Shown: positions 46,480-59,856, numbered from the stretch's first letter. The stretch is 64,000 nt of DNA from Obrimoposthia wandeli (GCA_977020255.1 CDROCS010002077.1:310001-374000); one strand, 5' to 3'. Translations and numbers: made by a program. The notes: a model not told the origin generated them from the sequence alone.

Positions 46480-47310
46480 AGACGAAAATGGAAAAATACA
46501 ACATCGATTTATATAGACTTTTTTCAACTAGCAATATAGAAATTATGAAAATGACATCAAAAGCTAATTTATTTATCAAGAAGGCGACTTGGCAGTTTAC
46601 AATTAATTTGTAATAGTTGAACACAAATTCAATGTTTCCACGACCACAGAAAAGCGCGTTAGATAATAATAGGTCTGCATCAAGTTTAAGTGACATTAAC
46701 GGGAAAATTCTATTTGACCAGTTACAATCAGAAATAACGTTAAAACTAGCATTGTTTTTCAACTAATATCTTCAACTAAAGTGTATATTACAAAATACTA
46801 AAATAGAAAAAATTAAGTTTGAGTTTTAACTAAGAACTACTGTTAAAAGGCAAGAAGATAGTTCTATTTAAAGTGCACTATATTCCGGATTGACTTAATA
46901 ATTTAAATGTAAATGAATTCATTCTTAATGGTTTATTTATTATTGAAATTGTATTATTATTTAAGATATTTAAATTGTTTTTAAAAAATATGGAATACTA
47001 CTAAAACTTTATTTATATAGTTTATTAAAATAATTAATTAAAGACTAAAATGTGTATATGACAAGTACATGTGTTCTATTCCCTATTTCAAACAACAGGT
47101 CAGAACTTTGATTTCTCGTGTTAATTTGTGAGTCTCTGTCAAGATTGTGTATTTACATGAACTCTGTAAACAATTATGTAACTCATTTCTCTCTATTTCG
47201 TCCTGTCTCTATTTTCACTCTATAATCCCCGAAAATAATATCTGTCTTTTTGATATTTATTATTATGCTATTTATGGGATTCGGTTCCTCATATTTCTGC
47301 TGTTTACTAA
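46480..47310. repeat. Dispersed repeat of about 850 bp, copy 2
   Basis: Matches 37430-38280. Confidence 0.9.
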
Positions 47311-47519
47311 AATTGTATCTTTAAAAATTAATAAAAATAAAATCTCCTTATATTTTATATGCGAAAGATTATAAATATTGTGTATTTTACTCATTTTTTT
47401 TTACTCATAAATGTTAATTTACTAGCATTAACATTTGAATTTTATCTTTATTGAAAAAAATTCTTAACAATTTTAAGTTCATTCCTAATTTCATCATTAG
47501 TTATATATATATATACACA

Positions 47520-47965
47520 CAGGCCCTGTAAGAGGGGTCAATTATGATATGGGCCTCTGAATTTAAGGAGCCTCCAAAATTTAGATATAAATTTTATAGC
47601 AAACTATGCAAACCTTTTAAAAAATGATTTAATACTTTTACGTATAGCAACAAAAAATATCCTTATAATAAAATCTAATACAACTATGAGAGGCCCTAAT
47701 TTTTGGCGTAATTCTACTTTCACTTGCCTCAAAAAATTTTTTCGTTGAACAACTAACTGCTGACACAAATTTGATTTTATAAATTTTACGTTTAGAACTT
47801 AAAATCTGCAAAACTTTCTTACTTAGAAATTTTTGCGGTACGTTATATGTTTTATCATTTTTTTGATATTTTGAATCAGATTTTTATTTTGGATCAATAA
47901 ATACGTACAAATTTTAATTTTTTCCCGTATAAAGGGGGCCACATATATTACCTGAGATGGGCCTG
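47520..47965. mobile_element. MITE-like element (CAGGCCC...GGGCCTG) in TA repeats
   Basis: Short inverted termini extend into the (TA)n flanks; no ORF. Confidence 0.45.
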
Positions 47966-49399
47966 TGTATATATATTTCTACGTATATTAGCGCTAATAT
48001 CTGATGAATCAAAGATTTTTACCCAAAGTGCTTTTTGATTTGTCCAACTTGTCAGTTAATTAACAATTTAAATGATGTTTATAGCAAAAATATTTGATAA
48101 TATTGACATAACATCATAATAATAATACAAAAATTTTAGTTTAACAATTTCAGTCTTTCCCTTGATAATACGTTAACACACAATCGATTTTATTTATTTA
48201 CTCTGATTGTAGGAATAATTTTGGTTCAAATATACAACCTGATCTTAATTTCATTGATAATTGATGTAAATTTATTTTCTTTCCAATATCTATAGTTACA
48301 GTTTCTGATTTCAATTTCTTTCTATTAATAATAAGAATGAAATTAGTGTTTATTGGGCAAATTGAGAATTTTTTTATTGACATGTTTAATTGAGGAAATC
48401 GGTGGAAATCGCCCTCGTTAGGGTTACGTTTCGTTATCTCTGACTTTACAGTGGAAATTCTCACAAAGCCAGATATAATGATAAAAAAGGTGTCTATTAA
48501 GGAAGACTATCAGAGATCGAGTGACCACTTCTGGGTCTCTTCGATATGCGATTGGATCCAAGTATTGTCAGGGAAATATTTAGCCCAGCCAAGGGCCACA
48601 CAGCTGAGAGCAGACCGAGTTATACACAATATGTTTCCAGTCTCGGCCAAATTCCCACTCCAGCATTCTTCGTTGTCTCCCTATCTCCTGTCGATTCGTG
48701 TCTCATGACATGCTGCTTGACTGACGGACTATACGTGCCCTCTCTCATTGACACACGTGTAACATAAAACTGCAGACTTGCCGTAGAGGACTGACAACGT
48801 TTTGGAAGACATAATTATTATATCAACAAATATTTTAAAATAGATTAACAAGTTTCGTTGACTATTGTGTTTACATTTGACCCATTTCTGGAAACCTGTC
48901 GACAATTTTGGAACCGTCTCTAATTAGAACAGAAACTAATAACAACAATTAATAAACATTTATATGCTATATTGTAAATTACGGTTTTACCAAATGGATC
49001 CCTCTTTTATACCTTGATGCATATTTCAACTCGATTAAATTCCAATTTAGCCCATGTCAAAGTGCGCACTAAGTTATCTGTTGTAATAGACTGTTTATTC
49101 GGCTAGTTTGAAATTTGGAGATATTCATATCAAAGTTCTGTTGAAGAAAATTGTATTTTCATTATAAATATCTTTCATAAAATATCCCCGAACTAGCTTC
49201 TATCTTCAATGGATATGAAAATTGACAAGTTATTGGATTAAATAGATCCCATCAATATTTTCTAGCATACAATTCAAGTACAATTCTTCATCTATTTCCT
49301 GGCTGCGATTTTGAACAAGTCGAACTACAGATAAGATTGGGGGATTTGTTCAGGATTTATTTCTAATATAAACCACTATGATTATACATGCTATTGTTA

Positions 49400-50580
49400 G
49401 GATTAGGTTTTGACTAAAATTAAAATAATTAATCATTTATACCAAAATAAAAATCCTTGAAAGCAAGGTTATAATTAAGATAAAATTAATTATAAAATTA
49501 AAATAATAAGAATAAAATTAGTTGGAAAATATTAGGACCACGAAGGTCATGTGTAAGCGTGTGCAGTATATATAAATATTAAAATTAAAGCAAAGGCCCC
49601 AAAAAACAAGAGTTAAATTAAGAAGAAAAGTTGAAAGTTGATTAAAAAAGAAGAATTAAGAAAGAAAGAAGGCCAATTAAGAAGAAAAACTGAATTGAGA
49701 AAATCAGAGCACTCAGACAAGTGCATTAGCACCATTAGCGCAATCGATTTGTAGTCACCGATAGACAGTCCCCAGAACAAACCAACAACGGAAGTCAACA
49801 ACGAAAGTAAGAGCACTTAAATTAAGTGCAAGTTACTTATTTATTTAGGAGTCGAGAAACCACTTAGCGACAACCGGGGAATCACACGAAGAAACTGAGT
49901 GCATCAATATAAAATGAATTATTACTCGACTGACGCCCAGAAAGGAAAAACGAATCGAAATCGAAAAATCGAATAATGAATTACCAGACAGATCGGGAAT
50001 AAATTGAAGATAAATCAGAAGATAAATCAATTTTAACGGGAAATTACGTGGATAAAGTTGTGTTTTTGTAATCAATTTTAACTATAAATTACGTGGATAA
50101 AGTTTTTTGATTAATTTTGAAGGTAAATTGCGTTGATAAATTATAAGGATTTAAACTAAAAGTCTCTATAAATTAGAGCAAGTTTTTGGTATTGTTATAG
50201 TTCCTAAGAAAAAGAAAAATTGTCCGTTAAGTAAGGAATTTGATTTAGAGAATCAGATTTAGATAAAAGAGTTTGATTTAGAAGCCTCCTTAAAACCAAC
50301 CCTAAAATAAAATCGATACGTGGTTCATCCTCACTTGTGCAGAGACTTTGTGAAAGTCTTAGGAATAGTCTGTCATTTTTAGAACGTAATTAGACGTGTT
50401 AATTTAGTGTGTTTAGTAATAAACGATTTCCTACAACTAGACAGCGTTGTTATAGACCCTTCAAATTTAGAAATAACAAACCTTCAGATAAGAATTGAGA
50501 CAGGCAAGCATAACATTAAGTAGGCCACAAACATCTACAAGTCCTGCTTCTATAGAACTCACGTTGGGGTTCTATATTAG
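49400..50580 (+). repeat. Copy of the repeat family at 10240-11500
   Basis: Shared motifs in collinear order with the reverse complement of 10240-11500. Confidence 0.5.
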
Positions 50581-53355
50581 AAAGACAGTTTTATATAGAA
50601 ACCCCAACACTATGGTAAAGTTTGATATAAATTATCTTATTTGCGAATGATATTCAAATGCAATTGGATTTTTCTCCAAAGAAGAAATGAAACTTTGGCA
50701 AAGATTGAAAATGCTATTAAGGAACTGATTATCTGCGTGGCTGGGAAAAATTTAAAGTTAAACAAGAATAAAACAGAATGCAGAATATTTGGGATAAAGA
50801 ATTCTTTTTGAGGTTTTGTGTAAATTATTAACAACAACAAGAGATATCAAACTAAATATCGAAGATTATGTTAAAAGTATAGGTCATGACTGAACAGAAA
50901 ATCAATAAGATCAAAACTAAGAAAAGTGTCTAGATCCCTGAGTTTCGATCGAGAAAAGACCCTGTTGAGGTTATTCGCTCAGTTAATTGTTCAAGATTAG
51001 CTTTTCAGAATTCACTGCAGTACTGTCTGTTCACTAAATCGTCTCCAAATGATTCTTTACCAGCTACCGATTGCATTGGTTACCAATAAGGCTGGAATTG
51101 AATTGAAAGGGGTTCAGAAAACATGCATATTAATAAACCAACATATGCCAGCTGTATGGTATCATTTGAAAATTCTAATTATGATATTTGGTACATTTTT
51201 TATGTTAATAAAGATGTTCTCAGTTATAAAAATACTAAACAAACATCTGTATATTTTAGTACTTCTTTATATTATGTTTCTAAACATATTTCCTTTACAA
51301 CAAGTGTAAGAGGATAAAAATTATGAGGTTGTGCTATTTTTGTCGTAAGAATTTTGAGTAGGACAGAACCTGTCATCAATGTTGACATTTTACCTGATCG
51401 AATCTCAGATGAGACATAATCATTATTATACTGCGACTAAACTGTAACTTATTCATCACCTTATCGATTTACACAGTTTTGATATTATTGGGATTTACCA
51501 AAGTGATATAATATCTCAGGGGTTAAATTAAGGTATTGGAATTTTGAATAATTAATTATGTATTAAAATACAAACTAGTAAAACTTTGGTTTGTGGGATA
51601 ACAGCTGCAATAAAATCAAACAAATAGAACATGTACAATAACTCAACAAATGGGCACACAACAAGTACGAAAGCTCGGTTACTGAAATATTGGGATTATT
51701 TAAAGATGAAATGATTCAGTTAGATTTCGTTGACATTTAAATATAAATTAGATTAAAAATGACCAAATATAATTTTTAAATCGAACTTACTGTTCTTCTT
51801 TTATTTTTGTCCAGAAGATTTGAGGCAAAATTTCCCATATAGACACCAATCGGATGATTGATGAAAGCTGGTATTTGTTTGATCTCAATCTGCTGTTTTT
51901 CACTTTAACATCATCTTATAATATATTTAATTTGTTCTCAAATGTGCTATGCTCAAAACATGGATCCAACAACCATTACATAATTGGTCAGCTATGACAG
52001 GCCCTCTTTTAATCTTTGTGAAGCTGAAATGAAGAACCGCTAATGTCAGATTAGATTTTTCCCAGCATCCAATGGAAATTAAAACTCACATAAATGGTAA
52101 ATTCGGCGTTATAAATTATGTTTGTTAATTTTATAATTTTATTTTTATTCAAATTGTGAGCCAACTCTAACTTATTCATTTTTATCTTTATTTAATCACA
52201 ATATGTCAGTAACGGAACTCTCGTACTTGTTGGGTATCCCATTTGTTGAGGTGGTCTACAATCTTTAATTGGTTGAGTTATCCTACATACCATAGTCTTA
52301 CTATTGTCGAATTTATTAAAATCCAATGATTTATTTTAACCCCTGATAAAAGCCAATCATATAAAATATTTTACAACCTTATTTTGAGGTTTCTCAACGC
52401 CTTTACTACATCGTTTTTTAAGACAAGTTATAATGAAGCCAAGGGAAAATTGTTGGTGATGAATCCCACTAGATGGATTTTGTTTCTGTTATCTCCTAAA
52501 CTAGAGTCAATAGGTGAGTGTAGACAATGATCAAATGTGAATTTCCCAAAAAATATTGTTATTTTCTAATGAGTCGCTGTCTGTTCGCTTTATTTTTCTT
52601 CTCAAAATTCCATCTTAAAATGCTAAATTTATTTATGTTAATTAATACTGAATATCGACTGTTGACAAAACAAAATATTGAGTTACACTGTCTAATAGAA
52701 TAGAAAAACAGAAACCTAAAGAAATAAACTATTTTCTGTAATTTTCTGTAATAGCTGATTTTAAAAAATATATTGACAGAATCTTCGCCCACGCGAACAA
52801 ATATTTTTAAAACACAACTTGTGGTATATAGTGAAATTAAATCATTAAAACTGTTCATATTTTAAAATCTACAAAATTATTTTGTGGATATTCCAGAAAT
52901 TGTAATTATAAATTTGCATTTATTGAATAACTAAATATCAATGACTGACCTATCGAAGACAAAAAGTGAAGGGATTGGAATAGTTTTGTTACGTCTCAAA
53001 ATCTGTATTGCATTTGCTCTTCGAGCAGTTATGTTGAGCAAAAGAAAATAATCCTACTTGGGCACCACAGAATATTTAAAACAATATTTTAAATCAAGTC
53101 AAATATTTCTAAGATATCAATTTTAACGATTACCAGAAAACTCACAGTAAGAAAACTCACAGTCGGAAATTTCACAGTAAGAAAATAAATATTTATTAAA
53201 CAATTTATTTAAAATAATTTATTGATAAGAAATATTGAATGACTATTTTTAATTGAGGAGTGTTATTTAAGAAAAAAATTAAAGTTCTTATGCATTAAAT
53301 TCCCAACCTTGATTATAACAGTTTCATCGGATTTATTACCCTTAATTTCTTAAAT

Positions 53356-53619
53356 ATGCTTGAATATATTACGTCTGAGCGAGGAAAGCAACTTATTGTT
53401 CATGAAGGTTATATTTTCCAACGGGATAAGATTTCCGATGAAAAGACAACCGGGACATGTACAGCTTACCAGAAAATGAAATGTTGTGCCAGAGTACACA
53501 GCTGGAAATGAAATTTGAAAGTATTTGGTCACCACAGTCACGCGATTGATCCGGCGCGAGTGAAAGTACGCAAGTGCAAAGAAGTAATGACGAACATGGC
53601 CAAAAATCAAATACATGCC
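53356..53619 (+). pseudogene. FLYWCH zinc-finger N-terminus of a MULE-type transposase, truncated by Polinton 2
   Basis: Manual translation gives MLEYITSERGKQLIVHEGYIFQRDK...CTAYQKMKCCARVH...HHSHAIDPARVKVRK. Subterminal aaaactcacagt repeats lie at 53135-53185. Confidence 0.75.
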
Positions 53620-53689
53620 AGTAGGTAGAAGGATGGAGTCTAGATCACTTGACCCCCCCCTTGTGCGCACACAATGTTAAAGGATTTTT

Positions 53690-54640
53690 CAACATAAGGG
53701 TGTCACACCATAAGGATGCCTTGCCACACCATAAGGGTATATGTTGCCTCATTATAGAAATGTCACACCACGAAGGTATATGTTGACTCACCATAAGGGT
53801 GTCTTGCCACACCATAAGGGTCTGGCTCAGAAAGGTTAAGATGGGGGGGAGGTGGGAAGGGTCAATTGATTTAGTCTCCACCCTTCTTTGATATACCACT
53901 ATAAGGTTGTGGTCGTCCATAATTTCAAGGGTCAAGGTCAGTTTTGACTTGAAGGTTTTAAGGTATGGTCATGACCGTCTATGGTCAACCAACATATCTA
54001 AAGAGTTGTGGTCGTCCATAGGTCAAAGGGTTAAGGTCAGTTTTGACTTGAAACTTTGAAGGTATAATTAAGTTCAACTATGGTTGGTCATCACATCTAA
54101 AGGGTTGTGGTCGTCCATAGGTCAAAGGGTCGGACTAAAAATAAAAAATTTAAATATCAAGGTTTTAGTACATGGTTGGAATCATCTTTTGAAGGTGAAT
54201 TCACCCATAAAGTATGGTCGTCCATAAATAAAGGGTCGAGCTAAAGACCAAATCAAGTTTTAAATGTCAAAGTTTGAATACATGGTTGTAATCATCTTTA
54301 GAAGACGAATTCATCCATATAGGTATGGTTGTCCATAGATGAAGGGTTAAAAAAAATTAGAATTTCATAGTTTCAAGTACATGGTTGTATTCGTCAACAT
54401 ATTACGAGTTTAATCATGTAAAAATTTTATGGTCGTTCACAAGGTAAGGGTTAGATTTGGCATAAATTAAGAAATTATATAGTATTCAATCAATTATTCT
54501 ATGTGAAAGTTCACTCTTAAAAGTTAAGGAATGTATTACGTAATCACACACACACTATTCTATGTGAAAATTTAGTCTAAAGTTCACTCTTATCAGTTAA
54601 GGAATGTGGTTTTTAACACACATACTATTCTATGTGAAAA
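53690..54640. repeat. Layered subterminal repeats of Polinton 2
   Basis: CACCATAAGG units (53693-53821), six GGT(C/T)GT(C/T)CA(T/C)A-anchored units of about 100-110 bp, and CTATTCTATGTGAAA-type x3. Confidence 0.85.
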
Positions 54641-54753
54641 TTTAGATCAATGTTTTTTTCCACGCTTACACATCTAAAGAATTATGTTAAAATTTCATTA
54701 AATAACTTAAATTATATATTAAAATAAAAATAAAATATCATTAATAAATATAT

Positions 54754-55206
54754 TTATATACAATTTACATAATCAATACATAGAGAAAAACATTTTAAAT
54801 AAGCACAATGTTTTCCGTGTTTTCTAAACGGACATCGAATATTTTTTGGCATTTTCTTTAAATTTTTGAAACTTTTATTATAATTCACAATTCTCAAATT
54901 TGGAAACATTCGTTTCACTAAATTAATTTTCTTTCCATCAATAGAATCCATAACATAGAATATTGTTTCAACATCATCAATATGAATATCAGAGCTTTCA
55001 CCTTCAAACCAGGATAACTGATGATGATGATTTATCAAATATAGATTTTTTCTTTTAACTGTAAATGATAAACTACTCCATGGTATTTGATTTTTAAACA
55101 CGTAATGAAATGGAAAAGTCATATCATTCACATACATTATACATAATTCCTTTGGAATATATTCTCCATTATTATCAATAAAACATTCTAAATCAATAAA
55201 AGCCAT
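54754..55206 (-). CDS. DEDD/DnaQ-like nuclease-fold protein
   Basis: AFIDLECF...YIPKELCI...HHQLSWFEG...CPFRKHGKHCAYLKC; homolog of 32745-33254. Confidence 0.6.
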   Translation of the reverse strand: MAFIDLECFIDNNGEYIPKELCIMYVNDMTFPFHYVFKNQIPWSSLSFTVKRKNLYLINHHHQLSWFEGESSDIHIDDVETIFYVMDSIDGKKINLVKRMFPNLRIVNYNKSFKNLKKMPKNIRCPFRKHGKHCAYLKCFSLCIDYVNCI

Positions 55207-55258
55207 TTGAAAAAAATAAAATAAAATACTATAATGTTATATTTGTTTATACTTAAAA

Positions 55259-55635
55259 TTATTTGTGTTGAAGTTTCAACCATAAAAGACTCAGAGGTCC
55301 ACAGTTTTTAGTTAATGGATTCTGACATTTAACTCGATTATAGTAGACTGGAATGTTTTCTTTTTCAAGTGTAGACACCAACTTTGAAGGATAATAGAAT
55401 CCAAAAGGATCAAACACTCGAATCTCGAATCTGTCAACGAATATTGCTATCCAATGTTCGCCTGGTAGATTTGAAGTATGAGTATTGATAATGTAGCCTC
55501 CGGGTTTTAATGATGGAATTTTATCCAATGAATATACTCCATTAAATTTGTTGTTCAATAATATTTTTCCGGATTTATAAATTTCTAAAGTACTAATTTA
55601 AATAAAGAATATAATATACAATAAGCTTACTTCTT
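55259..55635 (-). pseudogene. Adenain-like protease; 38-nt intron at 55630-55593; start codon apparently mutated
   Basis: TLEIYKSGKILLNNKFNGVYSLD...INT....PGEHW...FDP...CQNPLTKNCG. Confidence 0.85.
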
Positions 55636-56848
55636 ACTTTTTTTTTTTTTTCGTAATCTGAATTTCGGAATCAAATATTCCGTAAATCAAAACACTTGTT
55701 GGAACAATCAAAGGAGAATTAAATCTAATTTCAAGTCTTAAATTACCAGTTTTAGGCACTTGAGTAGTGTTTATATCAAAATCTAGTGCTAATAGAAAAG
55801 TGAAAATCGAACTTCCTGATTTAAAATCAGAAAATCTGATACCATTATTCAAGTTTTTATCTAAAATATTCATATTTCGAATAATTGACTGCATATATGC
55901 TAATGAAAAATTGTTATTATCTAGATTATAAGTTTCTCGATAATCTGTATTTCTAGCTAATGATATTGTTGAAACATTAAATGTATTGAACGTAGAAGAT
56001 TTAACTTTGTATTCCTTACCACCTTGAGGTGTATCTTTGAAAGCAATCAAAATGAACTTGGGTAAACGATAGTCTCCGAATATTTGATCTTTATTAAGTT
56101 CCAAAGAACCCTGAGGAATTGAATATGTTACTAACTGAGTTTTTCTAATTGGGTAAACTGCATTCTGACTTTGCAAACCTAACTGATGACCAATCATTAC
56201 TGAAGAATCAACTTTTACTCTTCTAACATACAATCTAGCATCTAGAATTTGAATAATTGGTTTTGAAGTTTCTGAATAGAGCAAAAAATTATGCTGATTT
56301 CTCATAAATCTCAAATGAACATTAATCCCTGTAATCAAATATTTTGGTTGATCAAAGAAATCTAATCTAATTGAATTACACAATGAAAATATTTTAGATT
56401 CACTAATCCATTGTTTACGACTTTCTGCATCATCATCATACCCGGAACATTCAAGGTTAGTATACTTGGTATCACTACTAAAATTCAAAAGAGTATCGAA
56501 TATAGCCTTATGAGTATACGTTCCATTTCCTCCTTCAACCTTTACATTATTAAGTGTTAGAATAACATCTCTAAACAAAGTTTGAAACATGTAATTCTCT
56601 GGAGTTACATCGTTATCTTTTATTAAATCAGTACCATCTTCATTTACAACTTTTAATTTAATATTTAACAAAGTATCATTCAAATCCGGATAATCTTCTT
56701 CAGATGCATGAATATTAAATTCTATGTCATTTAAATTTCCACCAGTAATTGAATTGATTGGAAATATTTCTTCAAAACTTGAATTTTCAATCACTACTTG
56801 AGGTAGTGGTCTATCGAAAATACACAATTCAGATTTTATACTAGTCAT
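55634..56848 (-). CDS. Major capsid protein (double jelly-roll), essentially intact
   Basis: 404-aa ORF: KSELCIFDRPLPQVV...FFDQPKYLITG...GNLRLEIRF. Confidence 0.92.
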   Translation of the reverse strand: MTSIKSELCIFDRPLPQVVIENSSFEEIFPINSITGGNLNDIEFNIHASEEDYPDLNDTLLNIKLKVVNEDGTDLIKDNDVTPENYMFQTLFRDVILTLNNVKVEGGNGTYTHKAIFDTLLNFSSDTKYTNLECSGYDDDAESRKQWISESKIFSLCNSIRLDFFDQPKYLITGINVHLRFMRNQHNFLLYSETSKPIIQILDARLYVRRVKVDSSVMIGHQLGLQSQNAVYPIRKTQLVTYSIPQGSLELNKDQIFGDYRLPKFILIAFKDTPQGGKEYKVKSSTFNTFNVSTISLARNTDYRETYNLDNNNFSLAYMQSIIRNMNILDKNLNNGIRFSDFKSGSSIFTFLLALDFDINTTQVPKTGNLRLEIRFNSPLIVPTSVLIYGIFDSEIQITKKKKK

Positions 56849-57246
56849 TTTTGGAAAATAGTACCTTTAAGACGTTTGTTTATACTATTTAAATTATTTA
56901 TTTTACGTTTAAGACCCTTTCCATTTTGTTCAACACAATTTGCGACTTTATTTAAACTCTCAACAGCATTATTTTTTAATTTTGAAATCAAAGTTTTGAC
57001 TTCTTTGATTGTATTTTCTTTGAGAGATGAAATTAAGTTTTTTGGATTTGTTAACGCAGTTCCTACCGTTTCGCCAATTGCATTGGCAGCACTTGTAGCT
57101 GCTGATAAACCAGCTTTTTTAATAAATGGAATAGCTAATCTAGAAATAGTTTGAAACCAACCAGATCCATATTGTTTACCAATAAAATAGGGAAGTTCAC
57201 CACCCTGTTGACTTTTGCTATAAAATTTTATAATTGATGTATTCAT
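56845..57246 (-). CDS. Conserved small core/membrane-active protein
   Basis: YSKSQQGGELPYFIGKQYGSGWFQTISRLAIPFIKK; homolog of 25817-26194. Confidence 0.75.
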   Translation of the reverse strand: MNTSIIKFYSKSQQGGELPYFIGKQYGSGWFQTISRLAIPFIKKAGLSAATSAANAIGETVGTALTNPKNLISSLKENTIKEVKTLISKLKNNAVESLNKVANCVEQNGKGLKRKINNLNSINKRLKGTIFQK

Positions 57247-57283
57247 TTTTTATATTTTTATATTTTAAATATATTTATATTGT

Positions 57284-58296
57284 TTATACTTTACGTAAAT
57301 GAAGAGTTAAACTAGTTTTTGCTCCATATGAAAATGGAATTAAATTACCAGAATCATCACGTATATTTACCTCGATTCTATTAATACGTGAATCTCTCAT
57401 TTTCAAGTACATTGGATTATCAATTTTAACATTTACTACATCTCCATATCGATATTTTAATGATTTTAACCAAATAGACTTTAACAGTGGAACATAATCA
57501 GATCCTACTAAGACAGAATCTGTTAAACTAGTATAAATATACATTTGATTATATGAGCTAGAAAGTGTTGGTTCTTGAAAACCTTAAATTCGTTTCTCAA
57601 AGAAAACATTATTTAAACCTAATAAATATGCAAGTTTTTCGTCAAATAAAACTGATTTACCTTTTTCTTTATTACAATATCAAATAATCCGTTTGAATCT
57701 ATATTACAGCTTTTAAAAATCTCATTACATTTACTGGCTATAATATTACATAATGAAGAACTATCTTGTATCAAATAATTTTGATTAAATTTTATTTCGT
57801 ATTCATATTCAGCTAAAGAATAAATTGTAATTTTCATTTTAGCATGAATATTTTTATTTATGTCAACAATTTCATCACTTGTTATAACATGACTAGAAAT
57901 TTTTTGTATTTCATTAAAACTTTTAATTTTTGATTCTTCTAAAGTTTCGAATTTTAACAACATTCGATGAATACTGTTAATTGTACTTATTTCTAATTTT
58001 TGATCCTTTGTAATTTTGAAATTGAAAACATTATTTAAATTATTAAAAATTAATCCATTTAAAATTTCAAAAGATACATCGAAAGTTTTCATTTCTATCT
58101 TTTCCAATTTATAAAGTATTTTTGAATTAGTTTGTATTGTTAAAGGAGTATAATTAAATACAAATTCAGTCAAGGCAACCTCCCATTCACCATCTAAATT
58201 TAGAGAGTTTTCCCAATCTACAGTAAATTGATTGGCTGTATTGTTAGGTTGAGTACTTGGACAACTATTACTAGGTAAAATAATATATTTTGACAT
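57284..58296 (-). pseudogene. Minor capsid protein (penton), frameshifted
   Basis: ILPSNSC...FTVDWEN..L.GEWEVALTEF and YIYTSL...VGS..VPLL...IEVNIRDDSG. Confidence 0.85.
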
Positions 58297-59317
58297 TATT
58301 CAATTTGAGAAGCAAATATCCAAGAAGGTTCAGAGTATCCGTGCCACTTTACGTAATATTGTTTATTCTTACCACGACCTTTAGTTTCTAAAATTTCTTG
58401 TATTCGATATAGTTTAGGTTTATCAATTAATTGTAACTCTTGTTTATAACATTTTCCTTTGATGATGATGTTATCAATATCTTTAAAATATACATTTTTG
58501 GATTTTGTTTATAATTAATATCATGAATTTGAAAAACCTCATCACTCCAATTTTGATTAAAATTTTTAATAAATGGACTTGTACTTATTTTTGATATTCG
58601 AACATAATCATCAATTTTATATTTAGATTTAACTTTCTTTTCTTTTGTTTTTGTTTCAACCAAATTTCAAATGCATTTTTATTATTTACATCTACAGGTT
58701 TTAAACCATCTAAACCTCTATGTTTAAAATTATTATAAGCATAAATAATTTTTGGTAATACATAACCCATTTCTTATTACCTTGTTTAGTAAAATATTTC
58801 TTTAACCGTTCTCTTAACGTTCTATTAAATCTTTCAACTACTGCAGCTTTATATTGAGAATATACTGAATAATGATTGATATTTTCCGTTTTAAATAATT
58901 TCTTAACATGTGAATTAAAAAATTCTTTACCTTTTCAGTTTGGATATTTACTGGTACATCATCAACAATTAAAGATTCTATTGCATGTAATAAATCAATA
59001 CCCAATTTTGATTTAATACCATCTGCCCTTGCAAAACGACTAAATACATCAATACAAGTTAAAATATACTTGAATCCGTTATTTACTGAAGAATATGGTA
59101 TCATTTCCATTAAATCCATCTGCCATAAGGAATTAATACCATTAGTTTTATATGATCTAGTAGGAAATTTACGTCTTAAAGGTTTATTCAAACTATATGA
59201 TAATTCATTTCTTAACCATTTTTGTGTGTTTGCTTTTGATTGTTTGACTCTTTTTGTCAATTTTTCTAACCCTGTATACCCGTCTGGATCTTCTGGATTG
59301 TTTCAAATCTTTTCCAT
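58297..59317 (-). pseudogene. Integrase with chromodomain (premature TGA at codon 5, frameshifts)
   Basis: WQMDLMEM, LTCIDVFSRF, VVERFNRTL and YYVKWHGYSEPSW. Confidence 0.9.
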
Positions 59318-59378
59318 TGCAGCATGAAGAATTAAAATTTATAAATAAGTTAGACAACTTTGTATTGTTTATCCCCAT
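59205..59378 (-). CDS. Small basic ORF overprinted on the integrase 5' end (MGINNT...CCNG)
   Basis: Homologous in sequence and position to 23696-23914. Confidence 0.6.
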   Translation of the reverse strand: MGINNTKLSNLFINFNSSCCNGKDLKQSRRSRRVYRVRKIDKKSQTIKSKHTKMVKK

Positions 59379-59445
59379 TATTATAAAAGTTAAATATATT
59401 TTAATCTGTTTATATGTTTGTATAAAACGAAAGTGTTGCATAGTT

Positions 59446-59856
59446 TTAACTTCTTGAACTTATAAGACCAGCTATTACTGATGCTATAGCGGGCAGTATG
59501 GCCAATAGGAATCCGCCATTTTGATTGTAAATAATGTTTCTTTTATTAATTTTACCACGTGAATTTGCTAAATTTATTAATGAATTTTTATATTTTAAAA
59601 TATTAGGATCAGGTTTAATTTTACCATAAACGATTTTATTTAAAATTTTTATTAAATCATCAACTACATAAATTGGAAATAATTTCAACATTTTCATTTT
59701 ATTCGTTTTTGATACGTCAATTAAGGTTTTAAAATAAGGTAAACTTTTTGAAAATTCAATATTATTACGATCATATAATACAGTGTTTATTAATTTTTTA
59801 ACTTCATCTTTATCTGTCGTTTTACTATGTTTAAGAATACTCTTTTTAAAATTCAT
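59446..59856 (-). CDS. Conserved small virion protein ending QNGG|FLLAILPAIASVIAGLISSRS
   Basis: Intact homolog of 23339-23667. Confidence 0.72.
   Translation of the reverse strand: MNFKKSILKHSKTTDKDEVKKLINTVLYDRNNIEFSKSLPYFKTLIDVSKTNKMKMLKLFPIYVVDDLIKILNKIVYGKIKPDPNILKYKNSLINLANSRGKINKRNIIYNQNGGFLLAILPAIASVIAGLISSRS

Noticed and set aside
37430-47310. The 850-bp direct repeats as LTRs of a retrotransposon
   Set aside because: No TG...CA termini, PBS, gag or pol between them; the interval contains host exons and a hAT element.
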